A DNA stretch of 37,868 nt, taken from the IMG/VR virus record IMGVR_UViG_3300037851_000958, positions 1-37,868 of that record; one strand, 5' to 3'. Position numbers and translations under genes: made by a program. Shown in pieces: positions 30,013 through 37,868 of the stretch (its first letter is position 1; each line of letters opens with the position of its first letter). This DNA comes from a virus (taxonomy: Duplodnaviria; Caudoviricetes). Under the pieces are notes generated by a model, which was not told the DNA's origin, made no database searches, and saw only the letters and a list, made by a program, of their open reading frames with translations.

Positions 30013-31680
30013 ATGGGCGTAGGATATTCATTTAATCGCAACGCAAATCTCAAGGACCGGCGCGGCACTACCGTTATTGCTGACACGAAGGTCCCGGAAC
30101 TACCACAGTCGTCACAGGGATATTATTTGCGTGACGATAACACGTGGCAACCCGTAAGCTCGTCCGGAGGTGCCACCGGCCTTCAAGGTGCCACGGGGAC
30201 TCCGGGGTTACCAGGTGCCACCGGCCTTCAAGGTGCCACGGGGACTCCGGGGTTATCGGGCGTTACAGGCATTCAAGGAATTACAGGGTATCAAGGTCTA
30301 ACCGGACTTCAAGGTGCTACCGGACTTCAAGGTCTAACCGGACTTCAAGGTGCTACCGGACTTCAAGGTCTAACCGGACTTCAAGGTGCCACAGGTCTTC
30401 AAGGTGCCACAGGTCTTCAAGGTGCCACAGGTCTTCAAGGTGCCACAGGTCTTCAAGGTGCCACAGGAGAATTTGGTATAACTGGGTCTGAAGGACTCCA
30501 AGGGGCCACAGGAGAGCAAGGCGTCGCAGGTGAGGACGGCATCACGGGACTCCAAGGTGCTGCAGGCGAACAAGGTGCCACCGGCCTACAAGGTGCCACC
30601 GGACTCCAAGGGGCCACGGGTGTTGGTGGTCTTACAGGAAGCGTGGGCATCACAGGGGCAACATCAGGTGCCACGGGTGTTCAAGGAGCGACCGGTGCCC
30701 AAGGGAATACGGGTCTTCAGGGGATGACAGGTCTTTCCATTGGTGACTACATACTTTCCGTCAATTCATGGAACTTCTTGACATCTGCTGATGCTGATTC
30801 GTTTGCCAATCGCACCAATGCAGGGCTGACAGGTATAACAAATACTTCGTACGCCAATTATTGGTCAACAGGCGCAGACCCATGGGTAGAGTGCCAGACC
30901 ATAACCAGCTTCTTGGGGAGCGCCTATGACAAAATTCGCATGAGGTATCGTGTCAATGCAGGCACCGGTACGCTGTATTATTATTGGTGGAACGGTTCAT
31001 CCTACAAGTGGTCGTCTTCAATCGGTTTGAATACTGATGGTGAGTGGCACACAATCACGACCGACATGTCCGGGGACAGTAATTGGACGGGTGCTACCAT
31101 CAGCAGGTTCAGGTTTGATATCGGCGGCGCGGCCGGGGAAGATGTTGACATAGACTACATATCAATCGGTACATACGGGGCCGTGACAGGGGCGACAGGT
31201 GCCCAAGGTGCAACGGGTATCCAAGGTGTGACGGGCTTACAAGGGTACACCGGTAGTGGCACACAGGGTGCGACAGGTGTGTCGGTTGGGTATGCGTTGA
31301 TATTGAAAACAGCGAGCCAATCCACCACTACCGACGGACAGACGCTATATTGGGGAGGGATGTCAGTCGCGCCGTCTACTACCGCTGCACGTTGGAGGAC
31401 ATACATCCCCAAGGATGGCACGATCAAAGCGGCGTACATCTACTCGTACGCTGGTACTGCTGGCACTAATGAAAGCTGGCCATCGTATATCAGGAAAAAC
31501 AACTCGTCTGATACATTGATACAATCTTTATCGGCCGCCACCAACGACAGGGTGTGGAGTAACACGTCACTTAGTATCTCGGTGGTAGCAGGCGACTATA
31601 TTGAGATCAAAGAAGTATGCCCGACGTGGGCCACTAACCCTGCTACGGTAACTCGCACAGGTACGATTTATATAGAATGA
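30013..31680 (+). CDS. collagen-like fibre protein 4 with a putative carbohydrate-binding module (555 aa)
   Basis: GATGLQ repeats; central ADPWV...YDKIRMRY...DGEWHTITTDMS...NWTGATISRFRFD...VDIDYISI (galactose-binding-like fold); beta C-terminus. Confidence 0.85.
   Translation: MGVGYSFNRNANLKDRRGTTVIADTKVPELPQSSQGYYLRDDNTWQPVSSSGGATGLQGATGTPGLPGATGLQGATGTPGLSGVTGIQGITGYQGLTGLQGATGLQGLTGLQGATGLQGLTGLQGATGLQGATGLQGATGLQGATGLQGATGEFGITGSEGLQGATGEQGVAGEDGITGLQGAAGEQGATGLQGATGLQGATGVGGLTGSVGITGATSGATGVQGATGAQGNTGLQGMTGLSIGDYILSVNSWNFLTSADADSFANRTNAGLTGITNTSYANYWSTGADPWVECQTITSFLGSAYDKIRMRYRVNAGTGTLYYYWWNGSSYKWSSSIGLNTDGEWHTITTDMSGDSNWTGATISRFRFDIGGAAGEDVDIDYISIGTYGAVTGATGAQGATGIQGVTGLQGYTGSGTQGATGVSVGYALILKTASQSTTTDGQTLYWGGMSVAPSTTAARWRTYIPKDGTIKAAYIYSYAGTAGTNESWPSYIRKNNSSDTLIQSLSAATNDRVWSNTSLSISVVAGDYIEIKEVCPTWATNPATVTRTGTIYIE
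30168..30467 (+). repeat. in-frame tandem repeats (45-bp x2; 18/36-bp array)
   Basis: 45-bp unit at 30168 and 30213; 18-bp units from 30291, ending in five copies of CTTCAAGGTGCCACAGG (30379-30467). Confidence 0.85.
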
Positions 31681-31695
31681 AAGGACTTCCTATAT

Positions 31696-31932
31696 ATGAA
31701 CGTACTCCAAGGTAAAGACGGCAAGACTTCGGCGATGCGCGTACTTACGGCCATAGTCGTAGGCACCGTGATGGGCGTGTGGGCCATCGCCAACATCATC
31801 TGTTGGATCCGCGGGTGCCAATACGTGGCGCTTGACGCGCAGGCCGTGGCGCTCGTAGTAGGCGTAATGGCGGCCAAGGCAGGCCAATCGTTCGCGGAGC
31901 ATAAGGATATACCGAAGGACCTCACGCAATGA
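31696..31932 (+). CDS. holin-like two-TM membrane protein
   Basis: GKTSAMRV followed by two hydrophobic helices and AAKAGQSFAE. Confidence 0.6.
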   Translation: MNVLQGKDGKTSAMRVLTAIVVGTVMGVWAIANIICWIRGCQYVALDAQAVALVVGVMAAKAGQSFAEHKDIPKDLTQ

Positions 31933-34900
31933 GCAAACTCCACTACGCTATCCGTCTGACCACCGACGAGGCCCTGTACGACGAATCGTACGGGATGACC
32001 GAGACCGGTGTGTTCTGCTGGATCTCCGGGAACCCAGGCTTCACAGGCCTCGCGGCGAACGGCGCCACAGGAGAGGCCGGACTGACCGGAGTGGACTATC
32101 GTTGGAACGAAGGATGGCTACCAGAGGACGGGGTCGGTAACCCGACACGCGAGATAGACATTCAAGTCGCCGGCAACTATGGGGCGCAGTCCGGGTTCTC
32201 CTGGCGCCTGGCGGACTTCAAGGCCGGCCCGGGGAGTCAATTCAGGAAGTACGTGCAGGACAACGACATCAAGTTCACCGGCCGCAAGGTGGAGATGTTC
32301 ACGGTCATCGACAACGTGTTCTACAGGACGTGGACCGGCAAGGTCGCCAATAACCCCGAGACCGAAACCACCTACGAGTTCCAATGTGACGACACGTACA
32401 AACAGATACATACGACCATCCCCCCGGTGGCCATATCCGAGTCTAACTATCCTAACGCCGTTGGCAACAGCAAGGTGATCCCCGTCTGTTTCGGGGACGT
32501 CCCGTATGCGGAGGCCATGCAGATTGAAGGTAAGGCAGAGCGCATACCTCTGGCGCAAACGAGTGAGGGTCAGAATTTTGATGCGGTACCGTTGTATCTC
32601 GCGTCATCTTTGGGGTACGGGGACGCCGGCTATCCGTGGGACTGCGGGGTCACCGGCACCACGGTCTACACCTACGACCTGTGGACGTATGGCAAGCACT
32701 TCGAGACGGGAACCATGGGTGACGGCACCTACTATCTGAATGTCACCAATGGCACGGACCCGGTAAGCCACATCTTGAGCGACGAGTCATGGATAGGGGA
32801 CTTCCCTGATAAATCACAACTCGCGCCCATCATCGGAAACAGCACCACCTCCGGGTCGGCGGCCCTTCCCACGCGGCAGTCCGAGGCGACACGCATATGC
32901 ACGAGTGTCCCGATATACGGCCACAACGGAACCGGCGTGGCGCTTGGACCTGACTGGGAGTGGAAGATCATCGTGGCAGACGAGGTCCTCGGCAATCCGC
33001 AGATATACGTGGTGGACGAAGACAGGTACTTCTTGAGCATCGTGCGGCTACCTACGGAATGGATAGTCAGCAACTCTACCATACATAAATTCATACCGTC
33101 GAAGGCATCCCATATACAGTTGTTCGTGTTCGATTCATCCACGAACCTGTGGGAGGATATCAGTCACAACGTCCTGAATTATGGAACGGTGACCTCCGAA
33201 GGTCACCAGGCATTCCGGGCGCCGAACGGATTGGTGGGAGAGTCCATCATACCGAGCGGCGTGGACAACTACTCCGCGATGGTGCTGTTCGACATCCCAA
33301 AGATATCGTTGGTGACGACCGCAGGGTACGGATATGCCGCGACCAATGGCAATCTACTGCACGACGGGCGCCGGAGTTCGTCCATAGCCACGGTGTTCCA
33401 CACAGGAACGGGGACTTCAGTGTCCACGTCCCCGCCCCCGAAGATAAACGGCACCGGAGTAGAATGTCTCACGTTTGACATTTATATCACCGACGAACTC
33501 AGGGCGGCTTTGGATGAGTCGGGATGTCAGGACCATTACCTCGTCCCCGACTTTGAACTGTGGGCCAAGGACACAGCTACAAGAGACAATCCCGGGCTAT
33601 TGTTCCAAATTTCTGTAGACCCGATAACGGTTCAGGGCCTGCGGCTCGACGTGGAGACCACGAACTATCAGCAAAAGGTTCCGTTCCCGACATCGAGTTA
33701 CTTCCCTCAATACCGGTTCTGGTGGAGGGATGGAGGCACGTCTGATTTGATAAACGCCCCGATGATACCGAGCAAGTATTGGAGATCACGGGGGTGGGAC
33801 TGCGAGTCCGGGTCTGACCCGTTCGGATCGTGGGACAACAACTTCGACGAACACTACCGCGGTGAACATATCATAGACACGTGGGGAGCGTTCAGCTTCC
33901 TGTATCGCGATGCGTGGAAGTTAAAGTGCATCAGCGACGTGGTATCCGACAAGCGCATACAGCGTCTCCGTGTCACCATCCGTGCATGCCGGAAAGGCAA
34001 CCTGCAGCCGTCGCAATATTGGCAGGTGCGGTGGTTCGAGTTCGCGTTGGTTGGCAGGAAGTCGGTCGACATGGAGGCGCGGGGCGTCTATACCCGTGTC
34101 GCCGGCGAAACGCACCTTGGACGCCAGACTAACACGGTGTATTATGCATTCCGGAAAATATTGGAGGGATACGACGGCATCGCGCTCGCCGACATCGACT
34201 ACGGCAACCTGCCATGGACCCGCGATTCGTGGCATGTGGGCAGACAGCTCATCGAGCAGAAACCTTCTTTTGAATATCTGCAGGAATTGGCGCGGCAGTC
34301 GTTCGTGGGCATCGTGCCGAAGCGGGACGGAAAGCGCAGGCTCTCCGCCTGGCGCGAGGACACTTCTGCGGCCCTGCAGCATAACCAGACGACCATCCTG
34401 CGTGCCGGGATGCAAGGCAAGGAACTTACCCCGCTGAACCAGGTGTACAATCAGTTCGACCTGAAATACTCGTGGGACCCGGGAGCCAAGCAGTACGTGA
34501 GGTCGCTGTACGTTAGAAAAACGACCGAAGCGTCGTTCCCTGAGTTGTCCGGGGCATGGGGAGAGTACGTGGGGTCGAGCATCCTCTCGAAGGACGATGA
34601 ATCATTGAGCGGTGACTTCTCATCGACCACGGCCTACCCGGACTGCAAGGCAGTATGGGACATATGCCATGATTCATGGGACCGCATCAAAGTATCGTCA
34701 GGGGACCCGGGCACGGATTACACAGAACTCCCGTGGTATATTGATTACAGTGAGTTCGACCCGGAGTCGGGAGAATATCAGGGAATCGACTCCTCGGCGT
34801 GGAAGTATCTGCGGAACTTCGCGCAGTGGTCGACGAGGCAGAAGACGATTGTGCGGTACAAGTTACCGATTACCGCCGCGAACATGACCATCGAACTCCT

Positions 34901-35150
34901 TGACCCGGTGGACTTCACGGACACCGTGTGGACTGCAGGAGAGACGCGGAACGGATGGGTCGTAGGCATAGAGGTCGATACTGAAAATGATTGCATGATT
35001 ATCACCTCGATTCTTGAGCCTCCGACCATAGCGGTGGATTCGGATGAGTTCATTGAGGAGATAGGATCGGTCATAGGTGCCTACATCAGTGATCCGACGT
35101 ACACGGAGAGCGGGACTGCTGACACGATAACCGAGACAGGTGTTTCATAA
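31929..35150 (+). CDS. large tail tip/baseplate hub protein (1073 aa)
   Basis: VIPVCFGDVPY, EYLQELARQS, VYNQFDLKYSWD, IELLDPVDF: layout typical of tail hub proteins. Confidence 0.7.
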   Translation: MSKLHYAIRLTTDEALYDESYGMTETGVFCWISGNPGFTGLAANGATGEAGLTGVDYRWNEGWLPEDGVGNPTREIDIQVAGNYGAQSGFSWRLADFKAGPGSQFRKYVQDNDIKFTGRKVEMFTVIDNVFYRTWTGKVANNPETETTYEFQCDDTYKQIHTTIPPVAISESNYPNAVGNSKVIPVCFGDVPYAEAMQIEGKAERIPLAQTSEGQNFDAVPLYLASSLGYGDAGYPWDCGVTGTTVYTYDLWTYGKHFETGTMGDGTYYLNVTNGTDPVSHILSDESWIGDFPDKSQLAPIIGNSTTSGSAALPTRQSEATRICTSVPIYGHNGTGVALGPDWEWKIIVADEVLGNPQIYVVDEDRYFLSIVRLPTEWIVSNSTIHKFIPSKASHIQLFVFDSSTNLWEDISHNVLNYGTVTSEGHQAFRAPNGLVGESIIPSGVDNYSAMVLFDIPKISLVTTAGYGYAATNGNLLHDGRRSSSIATVFHTGTGTSVSTSPPPKINGTGVECLTFDIYITDELRAALDESGCQDHYLVPDFELWAKDTATRDNPGLLFQISVDPITVQGLRLDVETTNYQQKVPFPTSSYFPQYRFWWRDGGTSDLINAPMIPSKYWRSRGWDCESGSDPFGSWDNNFDEHYRGEHIIDTWGAFSFLYRDAWKLKCISDVVSDKRIQRLRVTIRACRKGNLQPSQYWQVRWFEFALVGRKSVDMEARGVYTRVAGETHLGRQTNTVYYAFRKILEGYDGIALADIDYGNLPWTRDSWHVGRQLIEQKPSFEYLQELARQSFVGIVPKRDGKRRLSAWREDTSAALQHNQTTILRAGMQGKELTPLNQVYNQFDLKYSWDPGAKQYVRSLYVRKTTEASFPELSGAWGEYVGSSILSKDDESLSGDFSSTTAYPDCKAVWDICHDSWDRIKVSSGDPGTDYTELPWYIDYSEFDPESGEYQGIDSSAWKYLRNFAQWSTRQKTIVRYKLPITAANMTIELLDPVDFTDTVWTAGETRNGWVVGIEVDTENDCMIITSILEPPTIAVDSDEFIEEIGSVIGAYISDPTYTESGTADTITETGVS

Positions 35151-35165
35151 GACAGGAGGCGACAA

Positions 35166-36329
35166 GTGGCAAACTCGTATGCGGATCTACTGCGACTTGA
35201 AGGCACGGAGACCGGGTTGGCTACCGTCCAACGCAACAAGCAGGACGGGTTCTCGTCCGACACGCGCAAGCTGATCCACAAGTACTCGAACGGAGCGGTT
35301 TACAAATGGACCGCAGACGGCGTGACCGGAGTGGATTCCAACACGGTCGGGTACGGATACGCCGGCTGGTCGGACGTCGATACGGTCAAAGACGCCCTCG
35401 ACAAGCAGATGGTCGGAGGCTATTGGTCCCTTGCGAACTCAGGATATACCGGAGTTCCCGTATGGGGATCCGACGCCAGGTGGGACGAGGGCATGGCCAT
35501 CTATTCGGCGGACGGGAACGTGTATCTCGTCCCCGCGGGATATACGGGGGCCTCGACCATCGGGTGCAAGTTCGTGTTGAGCCCTGGAAAGTATCAGGAT
35601 TACATCTACGTGGGCCTCAACCAGGAGTTCCGTTACAGGTTCGAGACCGGCGCCAACATGATGGACATGGAACTTACCAACTACGCGGCGACCGACCGGA
35701 CCCTGCGCTTGGCGGCCATGCGGGGTCACATCAAACTCGACGTCGGCGACGCCTTGGTGGCCCATAACGGTATCCGGCTTGAAGGGTTCGACGGGTTCTC
35801 GGGGATGTTCAACTCGGCGGCGACAGGCATGCAGAGGGATATCGCGCTCGACGCTGACGGCGACATCGTGGTCTCCACAGGTGATCGCCCGAACCGCTCC
35901 GAATACGGCACTGCTGAATTGTGGATGAGCGGACTCACCGGTACCGAGACGTCGGCGACAATGTCTTACAGGATAGTAGGCGATATCTGCCACGTCACGT
36001 TCGATGACCCGCTCATTGGGTGGTCGAATGCGAATACTGTCACAATATGCGGGTGGCCGGCGGCGGCGTTCCCGCGCACGTGGGTGAACCGTGTGCCGGT
36101 CGTAGCCTATGATACTGGTAAGTTCACGAACTCGTACGGTAATGCCATGCTACAACTTAACGCCGCGATCGCCGGGGTTACCGGTCAAGGATGGGGCGTC
36201 ACGGGCATTAATGCCTCGCTCATGACGATAGACGGCCTAACTAATGAACCTGAATATGTTACTGCAGGATGGGACACGGGAGGTCAGAAGGGATTCCCGG
36301 CACAGGGATTCTCATACAGCGTTCACTAA
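35166..36329 (+). CDS. putative tail fibre/receptor-binding protein (387 aa)
   Basis: AGGAGG RBS plus GTG; GFSSDTRKL N-terminal motif, SYRIVGDICHVTF C-terminal fold; six GxTG motifs. Confidence 0.65.
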   Translation: MANSYADLLRLEGTETGLATVQRNKQDGFSSDTRKLIHKYSNGAVYKWTADGVTGVDSNTVGYGYAGWSDVDTVKDALDKQMVGGYWSLANSGYTGVPVWGSDARWDEGMAIYSADGNVYLVPAGYTGASTIGCKFVLSPGKYQDYIYVGLNQEFRYRFETGANMMDMELTNYAATDRTLRLAAMRGHIKLDVGDALVAHNGIRLEGFDGFSGMFNSAATGMQRDIALDADGDIVVSTGDRPNRSEYGTAELWMSGLTGTETSATMSYRIVGDICHVTFDDPLIGWSNANTVTICGWPAAAFPRTWVNRVPVVAYDTGKFTNSYGNAMLQLNAAIAGVTGQGWGVTGINASLMTIDGLTNEPEYVTAGWDTGGQKGFPAQGFSYSVH

Positions 36330-36353
36330 CATCAAACAGGGGGACAGGGACCC

Positions 36354-37136
36354 ATGATCAAGATTTGCATCTCCACGCATTATGGGGTCAGGCAGGGCAC
36401 GATGCTCTGCCTGTCCCAGTTACAAAATTCAGGGGTGAAATTCGAGTTACAGATAGGCCGCGGGAGGGACATGTCGGAGGTGAGAAACCTCTTGATATCC
36501 CCAGAGGACCAAACGTCGTGCTACCCGGAACTCCCCGACAAGTACTCTCACTACGTCATGCTTGACCAGGACATGGAACCGAACGACATGGTCCTGCAGG
36601 AGATAATCTCTTCAAGTAAACCGGCCGTCGCCTTGGCTTACCCGGACGTGAGCGACCAGCGCATGGCGTGCGGGTGGTGGAAGGAAGTCCCGGGGCGGTG
36701 TGGTACCTGCATGGACGTCGACAAGACCCCTGGGTACTACTCGGTGGATTGGGCGCTTCTAGGAGGACTCGTTGTCAAAAGGCAGGTATTGGAGACACTG
36801 CCGCGCCCATGGTACTTCCCACGTACCATCATGGGCATGGATATGTCGAACCAGGAACCACGGCAAGTGCTCGAGGTCATCCCACCAGACATCGCGTTCT
36901 GCGTGGCCCTCGCCGAGCATGGGGTGCCGTTGGAGGTCTACGTGACCGCCGGGATCCTCACAAAATACACGTGGATGGATGGCGGACTCACGCCTATCGG
37001 CAAGAGGGTCTCATTCAGCGCCGGCCCCGAAGAGGTGGAGAAACAGACAGGCATCAAGCGTGGGCCTTCCGTAGCCGCCGAACACAAGGACGGTGGTGGG
37101 AGCCACTACGGATCTCCTACAGGCCCTTCGGCATGA
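36354..37136 (+). CDS. GT-A fold (GT2-like) glycosyltransferase
   Basis: KICISTHY, SEVRNLLI, HYVMLDQDM (DxD), VDWALLGGLVVKRQVLETLPRPWY, DIAFCVAL; last gene of the structural operon. Confidence 0.75.
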   Translation: MIKICISTHYGVRQGTMLCLSQLQNSGVKFELQIGRGRDMSEVRNLLISPEDQTSCYPELPDKYSHYVMLDQDMEPNDMVLQEIISSSKPAVALAYPDVSDQRMACGWWKEVPGRCGTCMDVDKTPGYYSVDWALLGGLVVKRQVLETLPRPWYFPRTIMGMDMSNQEPRQVLEVIPPDIAFCVALAEHGVPLEVYVTAGILTKYTWMDGGLTPIGKRVSFSAGPEEVEKQTGIKRGPSVAAEHKDGGGSHYGSPTGPSA

Positions 37137-37623
37137 TGTAGCGCTTCCACAGGTCCGCGGCCTCCGGCGTCCAATGCGTGGCGGCCCAATCCCGGTGCCT
37201 GATCTTTTCGGGGTGCGCCATGTACTCCAACAGGTGTAGAACGCATTCGTGCGGATCCGTAGGCACCCGGACTCCGTACCTAACATCCGCCGACAGGATG
37301 GCGTCATGAACCAAGGCCCCGGAGGCTATAGGGTATGGACTCGAGCAGAGGTCATACCGTAGGTCTATGGTCCCGTCCGGCATGAGTACGTCCAGGTGCG
37401 TCCTGTAGTCCAGACCGATGTACCTTACGTCCACGCCGGTCATGGCCCGCAAGCGCGGGAGCATGAGTTGGCAGGCCACCACGGCATCCGGCACCAAGAT
37501 ATCCAGATCTGATCCCTGCCTGTAATGAGGGAAGCAATCAGGCAAACGCGTGATGCAGTATCCGTCTCCGAGGGCGTACAGGGCCTGTATGGGGTCTATG
37601 CGGTCTGAGTAACTATCGCGCAT
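37117..37623 (-). CDS. Pol beta-superfamily nucleotidyltransferase (168 aa)
   Basis: YCITRLPDCFPHYRQGSDLDILV (SDxD) with later acidic strands (THLDV, LRYDL); overlaps the upstream fusion gene; convergent with the GT. Confidence 0.7.
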   Translation of the reverse strand: MRDSYSDRIDPIQALYALGDGYCITRLPDCFPHYRQGSDLDILVPDAVVACQLMLPRLRAMTGVDVRYIGLDYRTHLDVLMPDGTIDLRYDLCSSPYPIASGALVHDAILSADVRYGVRVPTDPHECVLHLLEYMAHPEKIRHRDWAATHWTPEAADLWKRYIMPKGL

Positions 37624-37868
37624 CGGTATCTCCGTATGCTGTAGGTGTATAGCATGGTGCAGGCACGGTGGGCGCCGTCGAGGACGTACAGGCCGACCTT
37701 CTTTCGTTCGAGCAGTATCAGGTTCTTGTCGGTCGTATCAGGCCTCCAAGACCGGAGCATCTCGTCATAGATGGTGGGATAATGGGTCCCGAGTTCACAC
37801 AGGCGCCGGCCGGCGTGGAGACGCCAATATCTCCAGATAGCGTCACATGTACTCACGACGTCACGCAG
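37596..37868 (-). CDS. 3' part (aa 202-291, ParB/Srx-like domain) of the fusion protein starting at 603
   Basis: Frame open from 37868 (LRDVVSTCDAIWRYW...LILLERKKVGLYVLDGAHRACTML), in frame with 603..1; DGxHR is the ParB/Srx signature. Confidence 0.75.
   Translation of the reverse strand: MRDVVSTCDAIWRYWRLHAGRRLCELGTHYPTIYDEMLRSWRPDTTDKNLILLERKKVGLYVLDGAHRACTMLYTYSIRRYRCAIVTQTA

Overview
The window looks like a complete (or nearly complete), circularly permuted 37.9 kb genome of a tailed dsDNA phage with siphovirus-like gene order. A minus-strand gene starting at 603 runs off position 1 and continues in frame at 37868, so the ends appear to join. Layout: (1) a leftward arm (4805 to 1, continuing 37868 to 37117) of small regulators, a ParB/DGQHR protein, an NDK-like::ParB/Srx fusion and a nucleotidyltransferase, with three TTGACA-N17-TATA(C/T)T promoters; (2) a highly structured ~830 bp non-coding divergence region (4806-5640); (3) a rightward block with two sigma-like factors, a small-molecule SAM methyltransferase and a DNA methyltransferase; (4) terminase, portal, scaffold, capsid, neck, tail tube, frameshifted tail chaperone, tape measure, four collagen-like fibres, two LamG-type lectins, a holin-like protein, tail tip proteins and a GT-A glycosyltransferase. 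The most interesting signals are: a G-x-T-G motif spread across probably surface-exposed virion proteins, alongside a glycosyltransferase/nucleotidyltransferase/NDK-ParB/methyltransferase set (candidate virion-glycosylation system); a duplicated late-leader cassette (32-bp promoter-like motif plus covarying C(U/A)GGA-loop hairpins over the Shine-Dalgarno) before terS and the scaffold gene; the nested palindromic non-coding region; and no recognisable replication, integration or endolysin genes. All protein calls come from motifs read by eye plus synteny; no database search was run.
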